Source: the human T2T-CHM13v2.0 reference genome, Homo sapiens. From it: a stretch of DNA of 64,000 nucleotides. Below are positions 11,593-24,879 of this stretch, piece by piece. The DNA is taken from assembly GCF_009914755.1 (NCBI RefSeq), contig NC_060931.1; one strand, written 5' to 3'. The notes beneath the pieces are model-generated. The model was given only the letters and a program-made list of their open reading frames with translations, was not told the DNA's origin and searched no databases. Each line of letters opens with the position of its first letter. The first letter of the stretch is position 1. The position numbers and the translations under genes are program-made.

Positions 11593-14502
11593 GGTAGAGA
11601 ATGTAGAGTTATTTCTACTATCATCAACTCCCAGAGGCACAGGGAGAGTTCTGTTAGTGATCTACTCCTTCACAGTCACAAGGCTATTCTGAGGATAATT
11701 TTAGCATCTTTCATCATGGATAGAAATCACTTGAGCTCCTGACATTTTCTGGCTCTTTGTAACCCTGTGGGCCAGGACTGCCCACACATAGCAGGTGATT
11801 TGCCCACACAGAGCAAGCACAAAGCAAATAACCTTTGTCTTAATATTAACCTCCACCAACCATATTTTCTGATGCTTCCCTGGGTACCAATCTGTCTTGC
11901 CACTCTCTGGACCCTGCCTACCAAGCCTTCCTCATACATGGATGGAACAGTCTGCCAGCTTACATATCTACCTCTTCACTATTGGGAACACCCACCTACC
12001 CACCTGCCTGCCTGCCCACCTGCTTGCCTGAACTATGGATCTGGCTTTGTCTGCTCCTCTGACGCATTATGATTTTTAATAGAATGAGCTTTGCATTGTG
12101 CAATTTAACCCACAGCATCTCATTTTTCTTAAAGTTTCAATTACAAGTAATAAGTGTGACAATCGATGTTCTCCTGCAATTCATGTTATGCAATAAATAC
12201 AAAAATCTTTTTTTGTAAATTAGGAAACTTAAAAATATAGCTCTAATCGAATATTTATAGGATTTCCAGAGCAAACATTTATACATTATAAATGATTCTT
12301 TTATACTATGAATCATTTCCCCCAATGTATATTTTTCATATATTTAGACTGAATTTTATTAAAATAGAACACTACAGTAACCTGAGAATAACTTGTGTCA
12401 TTGATAATCCTTCTTGTCTACAGAAGGAGAATAATTCCAGCCTAACTGGGTTATAGTATTTGTTACTATAAAACCTCTACATAGTGGAGAAAGTCCTCTC
12501 TACGGCTCCTCAGTTCTGCAAGCATACACCGTATTAAGTACCAAATTGGTGTCTTCTGGATGATACAAATGTCAAGAGTAATAAACTTCTACATGATGAT
12601 GTTTTCTGCCTGAAGGTCCAATGTATCCAAAGTAACACCAGGACTCTATACATAAAACAACCAGAATGTGGCACAATTAAACCAATCGTTTCTGCCAAGT
12701 TAATAAATATGCCAACTGATAATGAAAAGTCCATCTGCAGCAATTGGTACTGTCTGAAATGAATGCATCAGCTGTGCCCCAGTTCAATGCAGGGGCTGAA
12801 TATAGAAATGGCCTAGATGCTGCCAACATTTTTTTCCATACAAAGAAAACTATGATTCTGTTTACATGGCAGCAAAAGGAGGATATTCTTTCCTTCTTAG
12901 GGTCATCAGTGTGCCCCACATTTGCCAATGACTCCGCATGAACAAATCCTTTGAATTCACCATTTTTTAGATAATTTTTAAAGTAAAACCAGCCAGTTCC
13001 CCTAACCCCACCCCCAGATCTAGGTTTCTGGGAGGGAAAATTACTCAACCCTGGAGTTTAACTAATAATGTGGTAGGGCCAGGGCAATCATGGGGTTAAT
13101 CCACCATGGAAGCTGCATATGAGCAGAAATAATAGATAGACAAGTAATCAACATTCATCAACTGCTCAATACTTAAGTATATCTATATTGTAAATTTACT
13201 TCAAAAATACTAAATTATTACCATTCTGTGGTCAGACAGTATATCTAATATATCTTTATAAGTCCTGGTGGCACCCTCCCCCCACCATAGAGAACTACAC
13301 ATAACAGATGCACAATCTTTAGGAGAAACATAGACTGTCAGAGTTGAACTCCAGGAAACTCCTAAAAATGTTTCAGTCCAATATTTTTCTGAAATATGAA
13401 TTCTTTTAACTATCTCACACAAGGCATCTGCTGAGTTTCTGCATGGATACTTCCAAAGCTAAGTAACTCATTGCCTTCTGGGCACACTCATTTAGTTGTT
13501 GGGAAGTTTTAATTCACTTAAGGAAGAAACAAAACAGGCAAAATGTAAAAAGTCACAAGTATAGCTTTTTGAGATGGACACCACTTTGGTGATAAAAGCC
13601 AACATCTTAAACTGCACAATCATTATAATCACCCTTTTGCATGTATGTACAATTCTCTTGCTTCACTCTAGCTTTGTCTTACTCCCTTGGCTAAGCCACA
13701 ACCCTGGTTAAGTCTATCTCTTCTACTAGTCCATGCCTGCACTGTGCTTCTGATATGCATGAGTAAAATACAAACCTATGCTCACTGGTTACCCTTTAAT
13801 ATCATGAACCTCAGAGGGTCTCTAAGGTTGAACAGCAATCATTCTATTTCCTAAATATTTTTTTCTCTCACTCTTTGGGATAACTGTCATGTCTCTCTTC
13901 TCTTCACAAAACTTGAACACCTTTTCCCCATCCTTATTCACAATGGATCACCTTTCTTCCTATTTTATTGAGAAAATATCTGTAATTGGAAAAGAAATCC
14001 CCCAGCAACTCAGCTACATCTACCCAACTACATACATCTGTGCTCATAAGCTGTCCTTGTACCTAAGGCCAAACTTTCCACTTGTACTTTATTTCCACCC
14101 TCTTGGCCTGCTTAAGAAATCACTTAGAAATTTTTCCTTTTTCTTCATTGTCAATTTCCCTTTCTCTATTGGATCATTACCATGGGCATAACATGATGCT
14201 ATTCCTCAAAGTTTAAAATAACCTTCTCTTGATCCCTCTTCCTGTTTTTGCCACTCTCATTTTTCTCATTCCTTTTCCAACAAAACTCCTTGAAAAAACT
14301 GTCTATACTATCTATCTCCAATTTCCACCCCCCCATATTCTCTTCAAACCACTTTAGTCAACTTTCACCTATTTTATCACAGGGAATATTTTCTTAACAA
14401 AGTTACATTGCAAAGTACATCTTTCCCTCATTGTTAACCACCTCTCAGTGGTATTTGACATAATTGATTACTGTCTTCTTCCTTCAAACATTTTCTTTAC
14501 TT

Positions 14503-15010
14503 GCTGAGGTAGCTTATCTCCAAAGATAGCTATGATCAATTCTTTCCCTCCCTGTAAGTGCACACCACAACCTCATTGAGAAATGGTGTGCATTCCTCCA
14601 CTCCCTTAAATCTGGGTTGGGCTGTTTATTTTTGAGAAATAGAATACAGTAGAAATAACACTTTAAGTTAGGATCTAGCCTTTAAGAGGATTGGAAGATC
14701 CTGTTTCCTGCCTCCTGTATCCCTGAGTTACCATGTAGTAAAACCAGGAGACCACGTGGAAGAGTTACATGTGAAGTGCCAGATAAGTGGATAGAGAAGA
14801 CATTTTAGCCTTTCAGCCCAGATCAGCTGTGTCAGATAACTCCAGATCCAGCCAATATCTGACTGCACCTGGATGACAGGCATCTAAAGCAACAATCACC
14901 TAACCGAGCCCAGTCAATTCATAGAACCCTTACATATAATAATACATTGTTGGCTTAAGACACAACATTTTGAGTTGGTTTATCACACAGCAATAAATAG
15001 GTCACCACAT
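14503..15010 (+). mobile_element. MLT1H/G-like MaLR LTR
   Basis: ccaaagatagctatgatcaattctttcc, cccttaaatctgggttgg; end ttgagttggtttatcacacagcaata. Confidence 0.75.
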
Positions 15011-15019
15011 TTGGCAGAC

Positions 15020-15413
15020 ATGAAGACATGCCTCCAACTAGAGGAAGCTTAATTGGTCAGGGGCCCCAAACTGCTGCCTCTGAAATACACTATCATGTTT
15101 GCATCAAGACTAAGCTTCCCAATGGCTAGATATGGCAGGGGTATTAAGCAGATCCATTCCTGGGAAGCACAGCACCCCCCAGATGGATGACTTTGGCTTG
15201 AGGACTTTCCAGTGGACCACTGAACCTTCTGTAAACTGCATCCACTCAACCTTCCTTCTCTTCTTCACTCATGGTCAGACTTGCAATACAATCTCTCAGA
15301 TATCCTGGTCTTGTGTGGTTCCCTCCTTTACTTTCACTCATGGACTTTTCCCTAATAAAATACTTGCATATTTAATTCTGTCTTGGCTTCTGCACGGAGG
15401 ACATGGGTTAACC
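15020..15413 (+). mobile_element. LTR16-family ERVL LTR
   Basis: 3' end ccctaataaaatacttgcatatttaattctgtcttggcttctgc...gaggac matches the LTR16 terminus. Confidence 0.7.
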
Positions 15414-15827
15414 TACCCACACTTGCTTGACACACCCCTACCTCTGTCATCACCCCATTTCAATCTCTTTGAGTGGTGACTCTTTATCTACCTGAAGTCG
15501 AAGTGCTGACATGACCCAGGAATTAGTCTTTAGACTTCTCTTTTCCATACTCATTCCCTTGGAGATCTGGTTCGATCTTATGGCTTTATATACCATCTGT
15601 ATATTGAAGACATTAACTCCACACTGAATATCTCATTCATTCAGATGTCTGATGGGAATCTCTCAAATTTAACATTTCCAAAACTAACATTTTCCCCAAA
15701 ACTTGCTCCTCGTGCAGTTCATCTCAGTAAGGCAATCTTATCCTTCTAGTTACCGTGGCCATTCTTGGCTCACTCTCTCTCATCACTGCTGGTCATCACT
15801 AAAGACTGTCATCTATAACTTCTCTCT

Positions 15828-16002
15828 CTATATATATATACACGTGTATATATATGTGTGTGTGTATATATACACGTATATATGTATATGTATACACATA
15901 TAAACATACATACACACACATATACATATATACACATATACACACAGACATACATATATATGTATATATCATCTATACATATATATACATGTGTATATAT
16001 GT
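15828..16002. repeat. Compound (TA)/(TG)/(CA) alternating purine-pyrimidine repeat
   Basis: ~175 bp of tata/tgtg/caca mosaics. Confidence 0.95.
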
Positions 16003-18664
16003 AATCTGACCACATCTTGCCACCTCCCTTGATCCACGCTAGTCCAGTGCATCAACATCTCTCACCTGAATTACTGCAGAAATCTCCAATCTCCTTTCCC
16101 TGCTTCTGCCCTACCTTCACCTTATTCTCAAAACAGCTGCCAGAGCAATCCTATTAAAAGCTGTCAGATCATATTTTTCTTCTGCCTCAAACCTCCATCT
16201 GCTCAAAAATCTTATCTCTGAGCAAAAGACAAAGTCCTCATTATGTATAAAACCCTCAAGACAGGGCCCCCAGTATCTCTCTGACTCATCCCCTCTCCTC
16301 TCCTTGCTTACTCTGTGCCAATCACAGTTTCCTTGATGTATCTGGGACCACTTGGCTTGCACCAACTTCAGAGGGTCTCTGCATTGGTTCCCTTGCAGGG
16401 AACCTTCTTCCCCTCACTTCTCTCCAGTTTTTATCTAAATGTCAACTTCTCAACTAGACCTTCTCTGGCCACTCTCTCTAACTGTAATAACCTTTCCCTA
16501 GGACACTTTGTATTTCCCACTCCCTATTTTTTCTCCTTAGCAGTTGTTACTATCTAATATTAATTTGTATTTTGCTTGCTTGTCAGTTGTCTCCCCCATG
16601 ATAATGCACACTCAGTGAAGGAAGAGATATTTGTCTGTTTCATTCTCTGCTGTTTTTCAGCACCTAGAATCCCGTCTGTTACACAGAAGATGTTCAACAG
16701 ATATTCATTGAATTGATAACTTTTCTAAAATAAAGTAGCATGAGAGCCAAATTTTACTGTCTGGCATATATAAAAATTTCAGTAAATATTCATTAAATTA
16801 ATTAATGAATTATTTTCCTAAGATGACTTTTAAGAAATGTACATGAGCCAATTTCATTGCAGTGAACAAGAGACACAAAATGCTGTTTGCTTCACTGCAA
16901 TTACACAGAGTATCATTCTGTAGGTGAATCATAAGCACCATAAAGATTTGGAATCTTTTCATAATGTAGATATTTTCAAAATAATAGTATATTTCTTGAC
17001 CCTCACATGTAATTTCTGTTGGTCAGTGATTGATTTGATTTCCTATCCTTGACTGCTAATTATAGTAGAATCTAGTTAAGGCAAAACCAAAGGGAAAATT
17101 CCCTACTTTATTTCTTGGAAGAAGAATGCAACTGCAACTTAATTTGTTTTTTGGTGAAAATCATTTATTCAGGTAGAATGTGCAGATTTCAAATAAAGGA
17201 GAGAAAGGAAGAAAGGTCACGCCTAAAAATTCAAAACTTCTCCCAACTCCTTTGGATGAAGAACAACTTTAGTCACTTGAGCCCTATAGTTTTTGGTGCC
17301 CCAAATTCCCCACCTCCTCTTCCCTCTCCTCTTGCCATATATTTAAAACAGCCAAATGCAAAGAAACTCTCCATATTTTCACAAGGGGAAGAAGCTGTGC
17401 ATTCCTTTTACTGTATTCTGGAATATTTTTAGCAGATCTAAAGAACGGTTTTAGACAATAGCAAAATATGGCTCTTTGAGAACTAGTTATTTAAACCCCT
17501 GCTGAATGTATCCTGACAAAAATTAGGGAGTTTTATTAATTAGATAGCCTGAGGAGAGAATTAAATCTTGAGTCACCACCCTGTGTGACAAAATAAGTTG
17601 AAATCTTCAAACTTAGCCTTATAATTAGAGGTTCCCAGTGAGAGAGACAGAGTAGTTGCTATTCACATAGAACCTGGCTGGCAGCATGCATTAGTTAGAG
17701 AAAACTGCAGCAGCAAGTCCAGAAGGACAAATAAAAAATGGGTGGCATTGAAAATGTTGTGTGCCTGACTTCGATCTCCAAGAAACCAAAGCAGTAAGTT
17801 GAAATTTGCTTTGAAAAGCAGAGGCCTGTGACATTGTCTTCCCAATTTATACTGAAGCAGTCATGGCATTATCTGCATAAAGGTTAAAAAAGGAAAAGTT
17901 TAATTGCCCCACCACTTTCTGAAGGATAAAAAGGTAGGGATGAGAAATCAATAGAATTATTTCCCAAGCCCAGCAGGCAATATTTTTATCTGATAATTTG
18001 TACTGGAGACCTGGTGAATTCCATGCAACTTCAAATATTCTCTAAAATAGAGTGCCACATTATATCTCCCATAAACGAGAATGCTTACTTTTCAAATATA
18101 TGACATTTTTCAAATCATTTGCATTTTAAAGGTCTAAGGAATTTTAATCACTGATCAGTTTTAACCCACGTTTCCTGCACGCATGCACAAGCGTACACCC
18201 TCGACTTTGCCATCCTCATAAAAATTGTCTCTTAAGCTCTTACTTTCATGTGTTTTTAAAATGGCTCAGCTCCCCCGCAGCTCTCATCAGCCTGCCTTCC
18301 CAAGTGGTCCCCTGCCTGGGAAGATGAAAGGCCCTCTTCACCTCAGCCAGGGCTTCTGTTTCTGCTTTTACACTGATGGAAAATAACTTAAAGATGGGAA
18401 AGTAACTGAGGATCACAGGCTGACCTTGAGCTGTGTGATGCATTTCCTCTCAGGGGCTTTTTCACCACTCACATGGTCTTCATTCCCAATTGAAAAAGGC
18501 ACCTACCTCATACTCAGATTTCTTTAATAAATTTTGCTGGTTCATATCTGACCATTCATTCTAAGATATGAGAAACCAAAATATTTCATGGCGTATTCAT
18601 TTTACCCTAATTACATTATGAGTTTCCTGAGGATGGGAATTAAATCCTTTATTTTATTTCTCAA

Positions 18665-18865
18665 AGGCAGTATGTTGTAGTTAGGAGTACAGACTCTGGA
18701 GTCAGGCTGTCTAGTCAAATCCCAGCTCTCTTTTTTATCAGCAGTGTAACCTTGAGCAAGTTACCTAACCATTCTGTATCCTGTGTCTTCATCTATAAAA
18801 TGGCAATAATATTATTACCTACCTCCAAGGGTTGTTGTAAATATTAAATAAGTATATGTAAAATA
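18665..18865 (+). mobile_element. MIR SINE
   Basis: agactctggagtcaggc...gtaaccttgagcaagttacctaacc...tcatctataaaatgg. Confidence 0.85.
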
Positions 18866-19283
18866 TTCTATGAATGTAACCTATTTTTATTTTATATTTC
18901 CTTTTACTAACATAGAAGCAGACTTACAGTTAGGGATCTTGGTGACATTTAATACCTCCAAGATTAAAAAACACGTAAGTTCTGTGAAATCTACTAGGTA
19001 ATTTGTACTGGTCATTTTGACAATTACTAAAACCATTTCATGTCCAGAGCAAATATTCAATAGACTCAACTTCTGGACATCCATTAGCTAGTGTTTAAAG
19101 TTGCAAGGCTGATTTCCTTATGAATGAAGAAATGGTGCTCTTGTCAACACATTCAGACAATACATCTCTCAAATAATATGCAGTCAATAATATTTAAGTG
19201 ATTCTCATGGTATTATGTAAGATCACCACCAATAAGCTTTCACTGGGTGATGATTGTGTGCTGGGCACTGAGCCAGATGCTGA

Positions 19284-19613
<330 letters not shown>

Positions 19614-19726
19614 TGACATGGTCCTTTATAATAAGATTGAGATCTAGCAGGAATGACAGAGTACCTTCAACAAGAGATGAGTAAAAGTAGTTAGCAACAT
19701 AAGGTCAGTATAAAATAAGTGGAGCA

Positions 19727-20078
<352 letters not shown>

Positions 20079-20864
20079 ATAAAATAAGTGGAGCAGATAA
20101 TCATGCTCTAGCAATTAAAAGAACAACAGGTTTTTCTGGATTTGGGCCACTAGATAGCACAAGGTGTTGTCAGTGGGTAAAGTGACAAAATAGTTTTAAT
20201 ATGGGAAAATGTAAGATTACTCATCAAGGATTAAATAAAAATTACACTTGTAAAATTTTAAAATTATGATTTACAAGAAGGTATGTTTGACCTATTAATT
20301 TCTTATAAGAAAATCATCTAAAATGCGTTGAAGACCATTTACTGAAGGCATTAACTTGACAATCAAGAAGGCTAAGAGATGAGTATAGTAAGGGTGAATA
20401 TCAGACAGAAATCCTTAACAACTCCTTGTCCACACCAGCTTTAGCCTCACCGGAACTGTCTCATGAATTTATTGTCATTTTATCTCCAGGAAGAGAGTCA
20501 TTCTGGAAAAGCCTTACAGATTTACTCATCACAGCTACTGGCACATAACACAGATGGATTTTCTCTCCCCCAAAATTCAGTGTGTAATAAATACAAGGTA
20601 TTTTTTGAAATTTAAAAGACATAAATATAGGTCAAATAAAAAGAACTTACAAAAGCACACAGTAAATGTATATATCTCATTACTTTATAAAGTAGATGTG
20701 TTGAAAATGTATATGAAACTTTAATAGGATTTAATATAATCTAAAAAACATATTAAAGAAAACAAGAATGTTTTCACTACACTTCACTACATGTGTCACT
20801 ACATTTCTGAGATTGCTATAATGGTAAAAAAAATTATGTTCCAATTCTCTCAAAACAGAAAGTA

Positions 20865-21060
20865 TGCTATGTTACAAAGAACACTAAAGTCAGAAGAGCT
20901 GTACTCAAATTTCATTCGGCCACCTACTTACCTTTATGATGTTGACCAAGTTACATCCTTATAAATCTAAATTTTCCTCATCTGTGAAATAAGGATAGTA
21001 AGACTTTCCTTAGAGAATTGTTGAATAATAAATATAACACACTTGAAAGTATATTAACCA
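20865..21060 (+). mobile_element. MIR SINE
   Basis: gatgttgaccaagttac...ttttcctcatctgtgaaataagg. Confidence 0.7.
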
Positions 21061-21310
21061 CAAATTGACGTTTATACATAAGGTGTGAAATAATATCCTC
21101 TATACCACTGAGATGTAGAATATCAGGATGACACAATATTACATTGATGGTTCTTGAGTTCAGTGTCTGAAGTTTCCATTTATCAGCTTTCCAATTTGCA
21201 GTCTTTTAAGAATATACTTACTTTATGCCACTAGGCATCTCTTCTGTGGGTACCTTAGTACAGTTACCTTTTATTCTTAGAATGTGGAGCTAGATTGTAA
21301 GGTAGGTGGG

Positions 21311-21730
21311 TATGGTGGTTAATTTTATATGTCAGCATGACTGACCGCTGCATGTCCGGATTAAACATTTCTGGATGTGTCTGTGAGCATGCTTCTGGAC
21401 ATGATTAGCATTCGACTCAGTGGGCTCAGTAAAGTAGATTGCCCTCCCAAATGTGGGTGGGCATCATCCAATGAATCCACTGAGGGCCTGAATTGAACAA
21501 AAGACTTGAGCTGGGACATCTCATCATCATCTCATCATCTCATAGACCCTCGGACTGAGATGTATGTCATCATCTCCCTTAGTTATCAGGCCTTTGAACT
21601 TGGACTGAATGACACCACTGGCTTTCCTGAGTCACCAGCTTGCAGATGGCAGATCATGGGACTTCTCAGCCTCCATAATTACGTGAGCCAATTCCTCATA
21701 ATAAATGTTTCCCTGGATAACCCTAATACA
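21311..21730 (+). mobile_element. MLT2B-like ERVL solo LTR
   Basis: tatggtggttaattttatatgtca...atgtgggtgggcatcatcca...ccctaataca; 5-bp TSD gtggg/gaggg. Confidence 0.9.
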
Positions 21731-21777
21731 GAGGGGAAAATGTGAGGATTCTGATGGCTTTAAAAAATGCCTGAGGA

Positions 21778-22083
21778 GGCTGGGCGTGGTGGCTCACGCC
21801 TGTAATCCCAGCACTTTGGGAGGCCGAGGCAGGCAGATCACGAGGTCAGGAGATCGAGACCATCCTGGCTAACACAGTGAAACCCCGTCTCTACTAAAAA
21901 TACAAAAAATTAGCCAGGTGAGGTGGCGGGTGCCTGTAGTCCCAGCTACGCGGGAGGCTGAGGCAGGAGAATGACGTGAACCCCGGGGGGCGGAGCCTGC
22001 AGTGAGCCGAGATCGCGCCACTGCACTCCAGTCTGGGCGACAGAGCGAGGCTCCGTCTCAAAAAAAAAAAAAAAAAAAAAAAA
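21778..22083 (+). mobile_element. AluY, Ye lineage
   Basis: AluY left arm (gagatcgagaccatcctggctaac) plus gaggtggcggg and gaaccccggggggcggagcctgcag; TSD aaaaa(t/g)gcctgagga. Confidence 0.95.
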
Positions 22084-22510
22084 GGCCTGAGGATATTAGA
22101 ATTCCTAAAAACCCTGAGATGAGTGATACAATGGGGTGGTATAAAGTTTACTGAATGAGCACTTCGTTTTCACGGCTAAGAAGATCTGCCAGGGTCCTGG
22201 TGATGGAGTGAGCTGCTCAGAAGTGCTGGCTTCTGGAGAAGTGCAACGCACTAGTAGGTTTTTTTCTTCAAGATTACATTAAAACTATAATATCTAATAT
22301 TTAAAAGGAGAAGCCTACATTTTAGTGAATTCAGAATTATTGACCCCCCGGGTCACCTCATTCAAACTGCCATAAGAGCCTTCAGGAGTCTGGCTTTATT
22401 GACAAACAGACAAATGAAAACAGCTCTGCTGTAAACTACTTACTGGTTTTCCAGAGAAAGTTCCAAATGATCTCGGATAATGTCACTCCTCTCCTCAAAA
22501 TCCTTGGGTG

Positions 22511-22685
22511 GAGCAGTTCTCGACCTTGGCCAAGATTAGATTCACCTGTGAAGCCTTCGAAAGTCCTGCTGCTTAGGCCATATTTCAGAACAATTAAGTT
22601 AGAATCTCTGGGGGTAGGACTCAGGCCTTAGTGTTTTTATAGCTCCCCAGATGATTCCAATGGTAGCCAAGGTTGAAAACCACTA
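22511..22685 (-). mobile_element. MER5B
   Basis: caattaagttagaatctctgggggtagg...agctccccagatgattccaatg...gttgaaaaccac. Confidence 0.8.
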
Positions 22686-22962
22686 CTGTAATAGTTTTCC
22701 ATTCCCAGGTGACTCGAATCCAAGCTCCTTAGCTTGGCATTTACATCTTGCCACAGCTTGCTCTCATCTATGGTTTCAGCCTCATTTCCTACACTTGCAG
22801 AAAGACTAACTAGTCTTTCTTTTCGCGCATTGCTCACCTGCTGATGAGGTAGATCCCCGTGTTTACTTCCACTTATCTCACCTCTGCTTATTCAAATTAC
22901 ATTCATCTTTCAATACCCAGATCAACTGGTAGTACTTTCAAGGAGCTTTTCTGATCCCCCAG

Positions 22963-23480
22963 TGTGGTGGTTTTCAACATGCCTGCAAATTCTTTCCTAC
23001 TACTCCCAAAAAAGGTGGAGTCTAATTCTCTTCCCTTTAAACATGGGCTAGCCTTAGTGAATTGATGCTAAAGAATAGAATGTGGTAGATGTTACTATAA
23101 AGTCATACTATAAAGAAAGGCTGCATGAAGTCATACAGCTTTCGCTAGGCACTCTCTCCAGACACACGCCAAGATGGAGGAAACAGGTGAAGAGCACACA
23201 AAAAGACAGGGTGAGATGCCTGAGGAGCCTCAGCGATTCCAGCCCACCAGCCCTTTGAACCTAGTCACCCTCAACTGCCAGACATGCAAACAAACAAGAC
23301 TTCAGATGACTCCAGACCTCAGACTTTGAGTCATCCAGCTGAGGCCCCAGACATCACGAACCAGAGACAAACTGTACCTGCTGTACCCTGTCGTCATTCC
23401 TGAGCCACAGAATAGTAAGTGGGTATTGCATACCACTAAGTCTTGGGAAAGCTTGTAACACAGTCTTAATAATGAAAACT
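22963..23480 (+). mobile_element. MLT1G-like MaLR LTR
   Basis: tgtggtggttttcaacatgcctgcaaattcttt...aaggtggagtctaattc...ccagctgaggccccagacatc. Confidence 0.8.
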
Positions 23481-23951
23481 CTCATTTTTCTTTTATCTCT
23501 GTCTTGCATTTGGTACTTAACCTATTCTTTCACTGTTGTCATTACTAAACATACCCTATCTCCCATCCTAGATCACTAGGTCTTTGATGGCAGAACCTAC
23601 AGCTTATTGATTTTTGTATCTTCCACAATGCCTTGCCCTAAAATGTGCTCAAAATTTGAGTGAATTTGTAAATTCCAGCATAGACAAGAATTAGCCCTGT
23701 GAAAGCATCATTCTACTTTTGTCTGTCTCCAAATTCCTGGCTATAATTGTCAACTGAATTCACCTGCTTTAATTAAATTAAAAGCATCTTGTTACATTGA
23801 GATAATACAAAGACTACAAAAGGAAATGTTGAGACTAACAATGTACAAGGCAATGATAGTGACATATAACTAATAAAATACAATTATATATAAGTTCAAA
23901 TAATATGCATTATGGATCTAGCGTTAACTTTTCTAACCTTTGCTCTCCTAG

Positions 23952-24101
23952 GAACTGATGACATTTGCAGTTCTGTGGCTAAGGGGAATGTTTCTGACTG
24001 TGTCTGGTTGCATCTTCTTCTTGTCTTGGGCTGGATGTGATGTGTCCCTCTGCACGTAGCATCTATGTCCTGCTTTGCCTCTGCTGGAATGTTTGTTCTT
24101 T
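23952..24101 (+). other. Candidate 150-nt non-coding (or poison) exon
   Basis: ctaac branch-like motif, ctttgctctcctag acceptor, TTT|gtaagt donor; stops in all three frames. Confidence 0.35.
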
Positions 24102-24164
24102 GTAAGTGTTTTGTTTCATTTTTGTTTTTCTGTTTTGTCAAATGCAGAGTTATTTGTTTTAAAA

Positions 24165-24400
24165 GGCAATGTGACATGGTAGGGAAGGCTGCACTCCCTG
24201 GGTTGAAATCTGGGGTTGAAGTTCCATTGGCTGATCTGCCTTGGGCAAACACCTGCACACTTATTATAGTCAGCTCCTTAACTGTAAGGAGGGAGGGGAA
24301 TTCCTATCTTACAGGATTGTTAAGCGAAATAAATGAGATTAAATACATACAGTGACTTGGTAGTGATGAGCACATAGTAGGCATTAGGTATCTTATCAAT
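24165..24400 (+). mobile_element. MIR SINE
   Basis: ccttgggcaa...cctatcttacaggattgtt...aaatgag...gcacatagtaggca. Confidence 0.7.
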
Positions 24401-24879
24401 TCCCTTCAGTTTTTAAGGAGAAATTACCTTAGATTTAGGATTTGTGTCAACTTTATGTACGAGGAAATTCACTTTTCTCCAACATACTCCAAAAAATGGT
24501 GGCTGTACCTATGGCTTTGAAAAGGCTTTGATTGGTCTATTTCTTTTTTTCTGATTTCTTTCTCCCTCTCTGATCTGCCTGTCTCTTGCTGAGATGAACT
24601 AAGACAAAGTATTATTTCAGCCCCAGATATGTTGCCATGAAGAGAGACGTTTTGAGGTAGGTGTAATCTAAAAAATGCTACCCTACTGAGCTGACATCTT
24701 TTGGTTCCATGATACTTCCTATGTTACCATTCTAAACATTCCCCTGGCTGTAGTTTTTAGAGTAGAGATTAGCTATATATCAATTTTACTACTACTATGT
24801 ATAGATTGCAAATCAATTTGAAAAAGTATAGGCCCAAGAGATTATTAATATCAGCTCTCTCCCTAACCATTTTTCTTCA

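Larger units (their letters stand above)
13670..16720 (+). mobile_element. Long L2 element interrupted by MLT1, LTR16 and a simple repeat
   Basis: Colinear L2 motifs ending cagcacctagaat...gttcaacagatattcattgaattga. Confidence 0.8.
22470..23665 (+). mobile_element. L2 fragments interrupted by MER5B and MLT1G
   Basis: atgtcactcctctcctcaaaatcc...gaatccaagctccttagcttggc...acaatgccttgccctaaaatgtgctcaa. Confidence 0.65.

Noticed and set aside
20143-20160. CTCF-like CCACTAGATAGCAC
   Set aside because: Mismatch at a highly conserved core G.
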